In this document: one piece after another, positions 10,743-23,735 of the stretch
How the letters are laid out: every line of letters starts with the position of its first letter
Numbering within the stretch: position 1 is the first letter of the stretch
Assembly (NCBI RefSeq): GCF_009914755.1
Contig: NC_060936.1
Length of the DNA: 64,000 nucleotides
DNA from: the human T2T-CHM13v2.0 reference genome, Homo sapiens
Direction: 5' to 3' (one strand)
Position numbers and translations under genes: made by a program
The notes under the pieces: generated by a model
The model's input: only the letters and a program-made list of their open reading frames with translations
Told to the model about the DNA's origin: nothing
The model's database searches: none

Positions 10743-13665
10743 TGTATTAGTCCATTTTCACACTATTATAAAGAACTACCTGAGACTGGGTAATTTATAA
10801 AGAAAAGAGGTTTAATTGACTCACAGTTCCACATGGCTGGGGTGGCCTCAGGAAACTTACAATCACAGCAGAAAGCAAGCGGGAAGCAAGGTACATCTTA
10901 CATGGTGGCAGGAGACAGAGATAGCAACGGGGGAAGTGCCACATTTTAAAACCATCAGATTTCCTGAGAACTCACTAACTATTATGAGAACAGTGAGGGG
11001 AAAACTGCCCCCATGATCCAATCACCTGCCACCAGGTCCCTCCTTTAACATGGGGGTATTACAATTTGAGATGAGATTTGGGTGGGGACACAGTGATAAA
11101 CCATATCATTCTACCTCCGGTCCCTTTGAAATCTCATGTCCTTCTCACATTTCAAAACACAATCATGCCTTCCAAACAATCCCCTAAAGTCTTCACTCAT
11201 TCCAGCATTAACCCAAAAGTCCAAGTCCAAAGTCTCATCTGAGACAAGGGAAGTTCCTTCCACCTAGCAGCCTATAAAATCAAAAGCAAGTTAGTTACTT
11301 CCTAGATACAATGGGGGTACAGGCATTGGGTAAATGCTCCAATTTCAAATGGGAGAAATTGGCCAAAACAAAGTCTGAAACCCAGCTATTTAATCTTAAA
11401 GCTCCAATATCTCCTTTGACTCTGTGTCTCACATCCAGGCCACACTGACACAAGGGATGGGCTCCCAAGGCCCTGGGCAGTTCCATCCCTGTGGCTCTGC
11501 AGAGTACAGCCCCCAAAGCTGCTTTTACAGGCTGGCATTGAGTGCCTGTGGCTTTTCCAGGTGCATGGTGCAAGCTGTCAGTAGATCTACCAGTCTGTGG
11601 CCTGGAGGACAGTGGCCCTCTTCTCAAAGCTCCACTAGGCAGTGCCCCAGTGGGGACTCTGTGTGGGGGCCCCAACCCCACATTTCCCCTCTGCATTGCC
11701 CTTGTAGAGGTTCTACATAAGGGCTCCACCCCTGCAACAGACTTCTGCCTGGACATTCAGGCATTTCCACACAACCTCTGAAATCTAGGCGGAGGCTACC
11801 AAGCTTCAACTCCTAATCTCTGTGCACCCACAGGCCCAACACCACATGGAACTCACCAAGGCTTGGGGCTTGCACCCTCTGAAGCAATGGCCCAAGCTGT
11901 ACCTTGGCCCTTTTAAGCCACAGCTGGAGCTGGAGCAGCTGGGATGCAGGTTGCCATGTCCTGATGCTGCACAGAGCAGCAGGGTCCTGGCCCAGCCCAC
12001 AAAGTCATTTCTTCCTAGGCCTCCAGGCTGGTGATGGGAAGGGCTGCTGTGAAGATCTCTGAAATGCCCTGGAAACATTTTCTCCATTGTCTTGGCTATT
12101 AACATTCAACTTCTGTTTACTTATGCAAATTTCTACAGCCAGCTTGAATTTTTCCCCAGAAAAATGTTTTTTGTTTTTCTACCACATGGCCCAGCTGCAC
12201 ATTTTCCAAACTTGTATGCTCTGCTTCCCTTTTAAAAATAAGTTCCACTTTCAGACCACTTTGTGAACACATATGCCTATATGCTTTCAGAAACAGCCAG
12301 GTTACATCTTGAATGCTTTGCTGCTTAAAAATTTCTTCTTCCAGATATCCTAAATTATCTCTCTCAAGTTCAAAGTTGCACAGATCCCTAGGGCACAGGC
12401 AAAATGCCATCAGTCTCTTTGCTAAGGCATAGCAAGAGTGACCTTTAATCCAGTTCCCAATAAGTTCCTCATCTCCATCTAAGACCACCTCAGCATGGAC
12501 TTCATTGTCCATATCACTATCAGCATTTTGGCCAAATCCATTCAACAAGTCTCTAGGAAGTTCCAAACTTTCCAAAACGTCTTTCTGTATTCTTCTGAGC
12601 CCTCCAAACCTCTGCCCATTACCCAGTTCCAAAGTCACTTCCACATTTTCAGGTATCTTTATAGCAGTGCCCCATTCCTAGTACCAATTTTCTGCATTAG
12701 TCCATTTTCACACTGCTGTAAAGAACTACCTAAGACTGGGTAATTTATAAAGAAAAGAGGTTTAAACCTCTTTTCTTGACTCACAGTTCAGCAGGCTTGG
12801 CAGACCTCAGGAAACTTACAATCATGTCAGAAGACAAAGGGGAAGCAAGGCATGTCTTATGTGGCAGCAGGAGAGAGAAAAAGAGAGCAAAGGGGGAGAA
12901 GTGCAACACTTTAAACCCATCAGATCTCATGAGAACTCACTCACTATCATGAGAACAGCATGGGGCAAACTGCCCACATGATTTAATCACCTCCCACTGA
13001 TATAGGAGTTAAGAAGGAATTACTTAGGCAGATAGCAAGGGCATGGGAGTCCTTGATAAGGCTTTTTTTTTTTTTGTTAATGAAAAGCAGCCCCAAATCA
13101 TTTTCTAACAAAGAGCAGCCTGCAAGCTGGGAGCTTGCATGGATGAATGCCGGCAGAAACTAAGGACTAGACATTTTCAAAATGGTGGCTCCATCTTCCC
13201 TTCTCTGTCAGCCACGTGTATTATAACAAGCAGACAAGATGGTGCTGATCAACTAGAAAGCCCATTTGCATAAGAAGATTAGGGTGGGGTGACCAGCCTT
13301 CCCCACACACTATGTAAAGGAAATACCTGATCTTACCAATCTGTGAGCCCTACGTAAATCAGACACCACGTCCTCAAACTGGACTATAAAACTTGGTGCT
13401 TTTGCCACCAGCTGGTCCTCTCTGCTCAGAGACCACTTCCTCTGTAGAGGAAGCTGTTTCTCTTTCTCTTCTCTTCTACCTATTAAACCTTCACTCCTAA
13501 ACTCCTCGTGTGTGTCCATGTCCTAAATTTTCCTGGCACGTGATGATGAACCCCAGGTTTATACCCCAGACAGCATAGCCGCTTCACCACCAGTTCCCTC
13601 TCTTGACACATGGGGATTGCAATTTGAGATAAAATTTGAGTAGGGACACAGAGCCAAACATATCG
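10743..13665 (-). mobile_element. Full-length THE1 (THE1B/C-like) MaLR element: LTR 10743-11108, internal 11109-12692, LTR 12693-13665 (interrupted)
   Basis: Two homologous LTRs flank THE1-int (its ORF remnant gives 'ELPRDLLNGFGQNADSDMDNEV'); perfect 5-bp TSD ccctc at 10738-10742 and 13666-13670. Confidence 0.95.
12998..13586 (+). mobile_element. ERV1-class solo LTR (LTR9-like) nested in the THE1 LTR
   Basis: TG...CA termini, 4-bp TSD ccac (12994-12997 / 13587-13590), TATA-like ctataaaa and attaaa signal; the THE1 LTR resumes after it. Family name from recall. Confidence 0.8.
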
Positions 13666-14234
13666 CCCTCCTTCCCTGACCATTTATGTAGGGCTTCCTC
13701 TTTATTATCCATCATCATTTGGTCTCTAGTTGACACCATTTTTTCCAATCTACAAGTACATACTTATGTATGTGTTTACCTACTGATAGTCTGTTTTCCT
13801 TACTAGACTGGAAGCTCCCTGAGGGCAGAATCTTCATGGATATCTCTGATTTCTCTGGTCAGAGGACCACTGCTTTTGTCACATTATGTCCCCATGTGTG
13901 TACTGCAGATGGAAGGTTAGAGAAACCAGGGCCCACCATGCCAACACTCCAAGATGTTAATCAACTGTTTCAAAGCTGCCCTGGGTCATTTGCAAAATCT
14001 AAAAACTGACTCTTTGACTCAGGTTTGCCCAATATATAAAGCCACATTGTCTATTGTTCTATAGTTACAAGTCTTAGCCAGTTTAAGGTTAGGCAATTTA
14101 TAAAGAAGAAATGGGAATTACTTCATGTGAGAAAACAATTTATTGCCTTACATAGGATTTTTTCAGCCTGAGTCACTGGAATGTTTTCATGTACATTTGC
14201 ATCATCGTCATTCTCCTTACAGACCCAATCATAT

Positions 14235-14670
14235 AACAACTAAAATGTATAAAGAGCCTATTATGTGGTAAACACTGGGGCTCTCTCAGGGAATAAGACC
14301 AACTAGACCTCATCTTCACTGAATTTATCGTCCAGCAAGTAATAAACATAAAGAGTGGTGAGTGAGAAGAACACAGTGTGACAGGAGCACATTGCAGGAC
14401 AATTGAACATATTTTAGGAGTTGGGGAAGATTGGCACCAGAGGATGGGTAAGACACAAATAAAGAGGGTAGAAAAGTGATTCAGACAACAGGAGGCTGGT
14501 GAAGGGCCAAGGAATAAGAAAGGACTTATAAATTCTAGCATCTAAAAAAGTCCAAGAAGCTGGAATGTAAAATATGGAGAAGGAAAAGATAAGGAGTCAG
14601 GTTGTAGGAATAGCCAAGGGCTAGATCTTGTGTAGCATAGCCAGGAATTTGGACTTTGCCCTTTTAAGCT
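14235..14670 (-). mobile_element. L2 LINE fragment
   Basis: gagcctattatgtggtaaacactgggg ... aggaatttggactttgccc is L2 3'-like. Ends approximate. Confidence 0.55.
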
Positions 14671-16694
14671 GGGGCATAACATGTCCCACCTTCTGTTCCC
14701 TAACCTTTTACCTATAATTTCCTATATTTACCTATAAATTGCTTAAAATATTTTACCTATAAATTGCTTAAAATACTTGCTAAATATATGTTACATATTA
14801 TTAGATGTCTATCAAAGAATGCAAAGCAATGGAAAAAAACTGAGACAGTATTGACATCAGGGGAAAAAAATTGTAGATGATGATGTCATGAGTATGCTAG
14901 ATGGCTCGGCTATGAGCCATGGTAAACACTAAAAAGGATTTAATTAAATATGCTATATTTGAAAGATTTGTAGACAGTCAATAGATAGTATCTAAAATTA
15001 AAAACTCAAATATTTGTAGAAACACATTACTGAGAAATAAAAAATACATATTCGAACAAAAATTGAAAGATGTGCAGTTACTTCTGAGTCAATGAGCAAA
15101 GGGAGATGGAATGGAGTAAGCTGAGGCTGGGGATTGTTTTTGATTATAATTTTTGTATATGTATTATTTTGTTATTTTTACTATTGAATATGTGGGGTTT
15201 TGACAGAAGCATAAATTGAATGTGTGTGCATGCATGGACTCACACACCCACACACCCTGAAAATCTAAACTTAGAAAGGAACAGTGGGAGGCAGCCATGG
15301 CACCCCCTACTGGCCTTCTCATGGATGGTCTATTGATGGGTCTCACTACCCTGTCCAGACCTGCCCCCATTGCTGAACCAGTCATGTCTCCACAGGAAAA
15401 CAGCAGCCTCTGACCTTCCATTTCTTAGAGGTTTCATGAACTGGACTGCCAAGCAACATTTGGATTTTCAGTACTAGGGACAACTCATAGGTATCTGCTT
15501 AGATTCTGAGTTGGCTCCATCTAATGAGATCCTGAGGACACATCAGGGCCCAAGAGGAGCTGATTCACTGGAAGTTCAGGGCACTCTGGTTTTTCCAAGC
15601 AGGCTAGGACAGCATGGAAGTTTAAACTCTCAGTACAGTGAAGCATGAGCCAGAGATGGAGTGCCTACTCTCTTTGATTTGAGTGAAACATTTACTTATG
15701 AGAAGTAGATTCAGCATCTGAGTCACCAGACACTGAAATATTACAGCAAAGATCTTTACGTGTTTCCTACCTCATCACTACATACCCACTCATCTGAGAT
15801 GTGTGATGCTTGACACGGACAGAACTCAAACTGTCTTTTACTACCTATGAAGGAAGAAATGATGATAGATCATAATTGAAACAACCTACTGAGGAGAGGA
15901 AGCTGTTTTCAAGCACCTTCAAGAACTTTAAAAGGGCTCGTTTTATCAACAATGTTAATTAAAAATCATTCTTATTAAAGCAATTCCTCTAATTTTCTCT
16001 ACCAGATAAAATTGTATTAGGCCACTTTCAGTGACAAGATATGCTTGACAGAAGAAAAAAGTGTTAAAATGTTTTACGAATGAGATTTTAACTCTTCAGA
16101 ATAAGTTTTACATGCATTGATTTTTTTTTTAAGTAAAGTGTTACATATTCTAACACAATTTCACCCCACCCACCCCCTTAAAGTCAATGAGGATATTTAT
16201 CTCCTCTCAATATAAGGTTGTTTTGTTTTGTTGTTTTGGGGGTTGGGTTTTTTTGTAAAAACTTTTGGATATTTTTCCAAAACTAATGCCAAACATTTCT
16301 TCATTATATCCTAAAAGAATCACTTTCATCAAAGTAAATGTTCATGATAAATGTTATTAAGTATAACCAGAATAATAACTAAAAATAGCTCAAATTGTCT
16401 AGCTACATTTTGTCAACAATCTTGCTCTAGCCAAGTTCCCCATTCATTGCACAATCTATATTTTGGGAAGGACAGAACATAATTGCTTCCAAACAAAATT
16501 TCAAGCCTGTGTACATTTCCTTCCCACCATCAGTTTCAGTTAAATGAATTAATCTTTGAAAAGGGGGAAATGCAGAAAGCAGGACTTCTCCCAAAAACAC
16601 ATTTAATGTGTATTTTATCAAGGGCTTTAATTATAAAGTTGTAATGGGTGATTTTTGTTATAATCATCACTGGAGAGATTTCAGTGTTTTAGAG

Positions 16695-17230
16695 CAGAGA
16701 TCCCCAACTCCTGGGCCACAGACCAGTACCAGTCTATGGCCTGTTAGGAACTGGGCTGCACAGCAGGAGGTGAGCAGCAGGTGATCAAGTGAAGCTTCAT
16801 CTGTATTTACAGTTGCTCCTCATCGCTTGCATTACTGCCTGAGCTTTGTCTCCTGTTAGATCAGCAACGGCAATGAGTGGCAGCATTAGATTCTCACGGG
16901 AGCACATACCCCATTGTGAACTGCCCACATGCAAGGGATCTAGGTTGCACACTCCTTATGAGAATCTAATGCCTGATGATCTGTCACTGACTCCCATTAC
17001 CCCCACATGGGGCCATCTAGTTGCAGGAAAATGAGCTCAGGGCTCCCACTGATTCTACATTATGGTGAGTTGTATAGTTATTTCATTAAATGTAATAATA
17101 ATAGAAATAAAGTACACCATAAATGTATTGTGCTTCAATCATCCCAGAACCATCCCCTGCTCTCCTGGTCTGTGGAAAAATTGTCTTCCACTAAACCAGT
17201 CCCTAGTTCCACAAAGGTTGGGGTTTGCTG
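16695..17230 (+). mobile_element. MER1A hAT-Charlie DNA transposon
   Basis: TIRs cagagatccccaac ... gttggggtttgctg, ~535 bp, internal 'gaatctaatgcctgatgatctg'; degenerate 8-bp TSD ttttagag / ttttacga. Confidence 0.9.
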
Positions 17231-17849
17231 TTTTACGATGTTACTTTCATCTTTCACCTTAGCATACCTTGTTCAGACAAGCAGCAAACAGCAAATGCTA
17301 ACCTGATGAAAAGATACTTAATCGTACTAAGGCATAAAAGCAAACCCAAAAAATATTTCTAATATACTTGAGGCAATGCTACATAAAAATTTTTGTTAGC
17401 TTATTCAATTGCCTCTTCTAAAGTACAAGTATGTGAATTACTCAGCTAGGACACAAGGCACATTTTTTCTGAGTTGGCAAATCTTATTTTATGGACTATT
17501 CTAGCACCCTTTTAAAATTCATCAAATTTTAACATTCAAAGCATAGTATATGGATATTTAGGGAATATGAACAAGTATAAAATACAGTTCTTACTCTCAA
17601 TCTGATTACATCCTATCATGGAAAATAATCTTCCTGTGGGTGCATTTTGTCTCAGCTGAAGCCAGACTTCTCCAATAATAAATCACCTACAATTCAGAGC
17701 CAACACTAGACATGTGAAGAATTAAAGGCCTGGCAAATAGAGGTGGCAGAGAGAGGAGTGGTAACAGTGATAGATCTGAACTTCTTACCAGATCCTGACT
17801 TGTTACCAGTGAAAAGGTCCTTGAAATGGAATCCTTAAAAGATAAGTCC

Positions 17850-17895
17850 ATGTATCCCAGAACTTAAAGTAAAATTTTTTTAAAAAAAGTTAAAA
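17850..17895 (+). mobile_element. Ultra-short L1PA 3'-end insertion
   Basis: atgtatcccagaacttaaagtaaaa plus A-rich tail, between TSDs aaaagataagtcc (17837-17849) and aaaagatatgtcc (17896-17908). Confidence 0.8.
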
Positions 17896-18371
17896 AAAAG
17901 ATATGTCCTACACAGTGATTTCTGTAATAAAGTACACTACATTTTACATAAAGTCTTATTTCTCACAACACTTTGGTGGAGCTCTTTGCAAACAAATTAA
18001 CACATGAAAGAGGTCAGTAATTTGCTTGAGGTCATGTAGTTTATTGAGTGACAAGTTCAGCAATTAAGGAATTATACAAAACATGTATGAATTTTTAATA
18101 CTATTTTGGCTTAAATGTGATTATTTTTGCATCCTAGAGATATATATAGCCATGGGAAAAAAGCCATGTGTGTATCAATGTCATTATAGATCTTCTCTGG
18201 ATAAGACTTGGAATGATATTTTCTTCTTGTTTATGTGTATTTATAATTTATAATGATTGCGTTTTGCTTATGTCATAAGAAATTTTAAGAATAAAATTAA
18301 ATAGTAACAATTAATTCAGGTTGACTTATTTAATGGCTAAGTGAAGACAGTGGGTTTTATTCTACTGTTTT

Positions 18372-18625
18372 TAATAATAAAAATAGCCAACTGTTTGGGG
18401 GCATTTGTTTGGGGAAGAGCATTGTCCCAAGTTCTGTACCCACATTATCTTATTTAATCCATAGAGTTTTCTTACAATGTAGATGTTATTAGTTATCCTT
18501 CCTTTACAAACAGTAAAATCCAGGCACAGAAAGTTTCTGTAATTTGCCCTAGGTCACATAACTGCAGGTCACAAAACTCTAATCTGAAGCCAGTCTCCAG
18601 AGTTTAAACTCCTAACCACCAGGGT
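18372..18625 (-). mobile_element. MIR SINE
   Basis: attatcttatttaatcc ... tttacaaacagtaaaatccaggcacaga ... atttgccctaggtcaca. Confidence 0.7.
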
Positions 18626-20057
18626 GGCAGCCTCTCCCATGAGACAGACGTTCTCGCTGGGAATAAAAAGCTCTTTCAAGAATGAAGGCTTTCTGGATTT
18701 TGAGGCTGATTGATATTTCCTCCACAATTGGGGTCAGTCTCAATTCAAGGCTAGACAGCTAGAGTCTTTCTTTCAACTCATGTCCCAAGCAGAAAAGTAT
18801 AAAGCTATTTTAGAGGTCTCTTTAGCAGAAAGAGTGTTCTACTAGCCTTTAGTATTTCGTATATGTAAACACTTTGTTAAATACTTAACAGCATGCTAAC
18901 TTTTATTTGGCTTTCATATAATCAAATATAAAACCCAAAGTCAAAACAATTCTGATTTAAATTGTTCTAAATCCCAAATTACAAATTTCTGAATTTCATG
19001 CTGAAACAGAATTTAGTGTACAGTTACACTAAGTTCTTGTATTTGAAACACTCATTTAAGTTACCTAAGTATCCAATAAGAGGATGCAAGACTAATCAAC
19101 CAAAGAAAAGACTTAAATGGAGAAAATGTATTATTATCCCAGAAGAGAGAATTATGGAAGTTTAGATGTGCAATTCCATATGGGTTTTTAATAAATTATT
19201 GTAAGACATTAATCCTGAAATCTAAGAAATTACTCAAGAGACCTGTTCATCTACTTTTGACATCATATGTATAAAAGTATTTTTTTTCCAATTAACCTAA
19301 CACTAACAGATTCTCAGGTTGTGCAGATAATATTCTTCTGAGATGTTGTTAGAAGGATTTCCTATATTGTAGAGGCAATGGTATATATGGTTATAGAATG
19401 AGCATTTATATATTTGTTTTACTTAACATACATTCAATTAAATAAATATCTCCTGAAGCTAATTGTTAGAAGATGGCAAAAAATTCTGCAGTATTCACCA
19501 TCTAGTTCTCAAAACTAGGATGGAAATGTAGCTTGAGACAATTCTTTCCATGTGAGTGTTTTGTGAATAATCTCATAGATTTCCTAACAGCAATTTAAAA
19601 TATTTCAAAGCTAGCTTATTAAGACAGACTTCCACTTTCCCTTGCATAGCCCTAATTTTATTAAGCTCTTCATTTCACATTTTTATCCCCCAGTGGGATA
19701 CTTAGGCTGGTTTCTGTCCCACTCCACAGGAGGAATTGTTCATTTTATCTATCCTTTACTATTTGACAGCACTGTGGTACAATTCAAGCCCTAAGCATAC
19801 ATGCACATTAAAAATAATTATATACTGCCTATCACCCCCATAGTACTACTGTCTGGTGGTCCCATTAGATTGTTACTAGGGCTTCCTGTGTCATGGACTA
19901 TATCGACTTCTTTGCTTCCTGCTGGAAAGATCTGAAAAAAACAAGTGACATTTTCCTCTCTTTTTCCTCTCCCCACTCTCAATCATCTTTCCTACACTTA
20001 GCTGAGTTCTTACTTCCTTTCCTTTCTTTAGGAGAAAAGGCAAAATGACTGTCACAG

Positions 20058-20092
<35 letters not shown>

Positions 20093-20394
20093 TTCTTTCT
20101 TGCCCTTTCATCTCCAGGCAGATGAATCAATAAACCATGGAGACTAAAGTGCTCCATCTTCTGGTCAAGGATGCATGTTAACCCGCAGCTATTCCCGATT
20201 GTAAAAGGAAGCATTTTATCTCTGGGACAAGATCCCGAAGACAACTATTGATGAGTCTTCCAGTATCATCAAGAATAAAACATCCTTCTTCTAGTCTCCC
20301 AGGCTTACAAGACTGAAGTAATTTTCTTCCAATCTTCCTCTCTTATTTCCTTCGTTCACACCTGCCAATCTAAGGCTGATAATATTTCAAGCCT

Positions 20395-20550
20395 TGGTGT
20401 GGCATCAAAGCTGAGACTCCTCTCTGCCCCTTCATGTCTGGCACAAGTTACTTAACCTTTTTTACCCCCAATGCCTCATCTGTAACATAAATATAATAAC
20501 GGTTTACAATTTGTAAAATACATAGAAAGCACCCAACAAATGTTAGCCAC
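20395..20550 (+). mobile_element. MIR SINE fragment
   Basis: caagttacttaacctt ... cctcatctgtaa ... aaatgttagc. Confidence 0.6.
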
Positions 20551-20581
20551 TCTGATTGTAACTATGGTCATTTTTTTTAAT

Positions 20582-20908
20582 CTTTTTTTTTTTTTTTTTT
20601 TTTTTTTTGAGATGGAGTCTCACTTCATCACCCAGGCTGGAGTGCAATGGCCTGATCTCAGCACATGGCAGCCTCTGCCTCCTGAGTTCAAGTGATTCTC
20701 ATGCCTCAGCCTCCCAAGTAGCTGGAATTACAGGCATGTGCCACCACACCCAGCTAATTTTTATATTTTTTTTAGTAGAGACAGGGTTTCACTATATTGG
20801 CCAGGTTGATCTTGAACTCCTGATCAGTTCGAGGAGCTCCTCAGGTGATCTGCCCACCTCCGCCTCCCAAAGTGCTGGGATTACAGGTGTGAGCCACCAC
20901 ACCTGGCC
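20582..20908 (-). mobile_element. Alu SINE (AluS) with a 15-nt internal insertion
   Basis: Poly-T then reverse Alu dimer ending acacctggcc. Confidence 0.95.
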
Positions 20909-21110
20909 CTAAAATCATTTTTAATTCAATTAAATACAAATTTTTTAATCCTTACTATGGCCAAGATGCTAAGCACTTTAGTAGGATTTTTTACGTAGCC
21001 TCTGCCCTCAAGAAACTAATAGTCTACTAGGAATGACAAATAATTACTTACTAATTTTAATGCAAGATTATGGTAGATGATGACAAAGTGAGCTACAAAG
21101 TCTTCCAGGA

Positions 21111-21273
21111 CAGCACTTCTTAACCTGTAATATGCGTATTAATCACTTGGAGACCCTGTTAAGATGCAGATTTTTACCCCATAAGTGTGCAGTGGGACCT
21201 GGGATTCTGTATTTCTCATAAGCACCCGGGTGATGCTGATGCTGCTGGTCTGAGGTCTACCCTCTGAGTAACA
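21111..21273. mobile_element. MER5A DNA transposon
   Basis: aatcacttggagaccctgttaagatgcagatt ... ggtgatgctgatgctgctggtc. Confidence 0.8.
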
Positions 21274-23524
21274 AAATTCTATGACATTAAAAGAATGATA
21301 GAAACAGATCTTGTATTTTGCTGTTGTACATAAGCATATCTTTACTATTGTTTTAAAGGCTGTATCTGCTCTGATGGGCCATTATCCATGACAAACCTAC
21401 TGTTAAATTTCTTGTTGAGTATTATTCCAAATATAAATATTTGTTTCAGTACTCTCTGAAGCTGTGGTGGACAGCATAGACGTCATATGATTTTAAAGCA
21501 AATGGATTGTGGAGTACGTGGTGTTTAAGAATGGCCTTGAAAGATGAGCGGGATTTTATCCATTTCCACTTGCTTGTCTAGTCTACTCTTTTGGGGACAC
21601 CACTGTTACTGCGTACTTAAAGAATAAAGTGCCTCCCTATATCTTCCATCTAAAACAGTATTTCTTTTAATCTTTGAGTACAGACAACTCCTTTGGAAAA
21701 ATTATGTCTCATTGGTTGTTCCCATGTTCTTAGGCCTTCAATGTTGTCCTTTCTGGTTTTGAAATAAAATTAAATGATAAAAATGTGTAGGGGTCTCCAC
21801 TGTCTTATAAGCAAAACCCAGCCCTTCCCAAGCTGAAGTTAGTCATTATGTGTGCTCTGCTGGCCAGACACCAACCCCTGAAGTGAATATCAGCCTATAA
21901 TTGGGGGCTTTCACATGCAAATCTAGGTGCCCAGGTTGAAAAATCAGGAAATGCAGCCACCCAGGTACCAAATTCTTACTTGGTAGAAATCAGCTGGAGC
22001 AATATAGCCAAACAGCCTTTGGGTGGGGCACGGGCCCTCCAAGATTCCAGTTCCATGCAAATCTCCATAATCTCTTAGACCTGACCCACTTCATGCTCTT
22101 CCCTAACTCAGCAGCCTACATAAGCATTTGAGTTTATTATACTGTCTACCTAAAGGCCATGAGTCATTTTGTCTTGGAAAAAATATATATCCTTTGTCTT
22201 CAATCATATATAACATCGTGGTTTTTAGAATGCAAGGAGATAACCTTTTTCCCTGCAAATTAATATCATATCATAATCAGGTCACAGTTAAAGCTGGTAT
22301 ACATTAGCTTTCTTGGTTTGCAGTCTTTGCTTTTCTACATCATTTAAGTATTTGATTCCAGAAGTTCATTTCTTCCTTTTCCAACTGTGGAAGTAAAAGG
22401 AAATTTGAGTCAGGAGGAGAAAAAGAAAAAAAACAAAGAATCAATACCTCATTTCATGAGTGAGACTTTGTAAGAGCTATGCTAGCAACTTTATGAACCA
22501 GTAGAGAATTCATGTGAAGAAAAAAAAAAAAAAGCAGAGAAAAGTGTGTGACTTTTCCCAACCTAGTTCTCCAAACCCAGGTTTTATTACCAACTCAGTA
22601 AAACCTGAATAAATCACTTAGGTTTCCCATGCCTCATCCATTCCTCATGAGCATTCACAAAATAAGAGAGAGAGAGAAAATAATAAATAGCTTTTGAGTC
22701 ATTTTTAAAGCCTTTTCAGTTTGCTAGTAGTAGATATAAATTTTTAAATTAAGGCCCCACTTATTCACTTAAAATATCATAGTTTAGCTTTTTTTCATTC
22801 ATATTTAAAGGGAGTCAAAACTACCAAACATTGATACCAGGAAAAATGGGGAGGGGGGGGAGGGGATCTAATTGCCTTTCTTAAAATACAAAAAAAAAAA
22901 AATTCACTTTTTAAAAAGTTTGATAAATAGGTGATTATTCTCCAGTATAACTGTCAATCTGAAAGACCAGGAGGCTACTAGCAGAAGATAGGATTATTAC
23001 AGGTTTCTGAAGATCCCTAAACATAGCTCCAAAATGAATATACCACTACCCCACTATATAACTTATCAACCGACATGGTGGGAGAATCTGGCTTGTTTTT
23101 AAGTTGGAAGGTAACATGTTACCTAGGCCCATAATGGGCAAATTTATAAATTCATGATGTTGCTCAAATGAGACAAGAGCACAAGAAATTGGAGTCTACA
23201 GCCCTCCGAATGTGCCTGGCTCTGCCCCACTTGCTGGGAATGACCACACAGGGCCTCCCTTGCCTTATCTGAAGGCCAGAGGTAATAAAAACTATGTCCC
23301 AACATAGTTATAAAGATCACAGTCAGGGCTGTTGATGGAAGCATCTGTACACTGTAAAGTGCAAGACTCAGGCAAGACATCAAGCAATTGTGTGTTTGAT
23401 AGTCTAGGTACAATTCCAATAGGATGAGCACAAGAAAGGAATCAGTATTGCAATCCACTAAACCAAAAAGCAAGAGATAGTACCTAAGTACTCTCTTCAT
23501 CATCACCACAATACTGCCTCTGCT

Positions 23525-23735
23525 CATGAGGTGGTTAACGGCATGGTCAAGGGCTGAGATTTTAGTGTGGGCACCCCCATGTACAACCACCTGATCTTGG
23601 CCAAGTTCCTAATCTCTCCATTCCCTTTTTTCCCCATTTGTAAAATAAACATAACAAAAAATCTAGCTTATAGGTTGGGTTAACATAAGACACTTAGAAT
23701 AGTGCATGGTACATTGTAAATTCTACATATGTCCT
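23525..23735 (+). mobile_element. MIR SINE
   Basis: gtggttaacggcatgg ... atcttggccaagtt ... catttgtaaaat ... cacttagaatagtgcatggtaca. Confidence 0.65.

Noticed and set aside
10825-10850. PRDM9 hotspot motif in the THE1 LTR
   Set aside because: Minus strand reads CCACCCCAGCCAT, not CCTCCCTNNCCAC; the other LTR is also degenerate.
11295-12644. 153-aa and 175-aa minus-strand ORFs
   Set aside because: Fragments of the decayed THE1 internal ORF, broken by frameshifts.
20060-20089. 30-nt poly-A as a processed-pseudogene tail
   Set aside because: No upstream polyadenylation signal, TSD or mRNA-like body seen.
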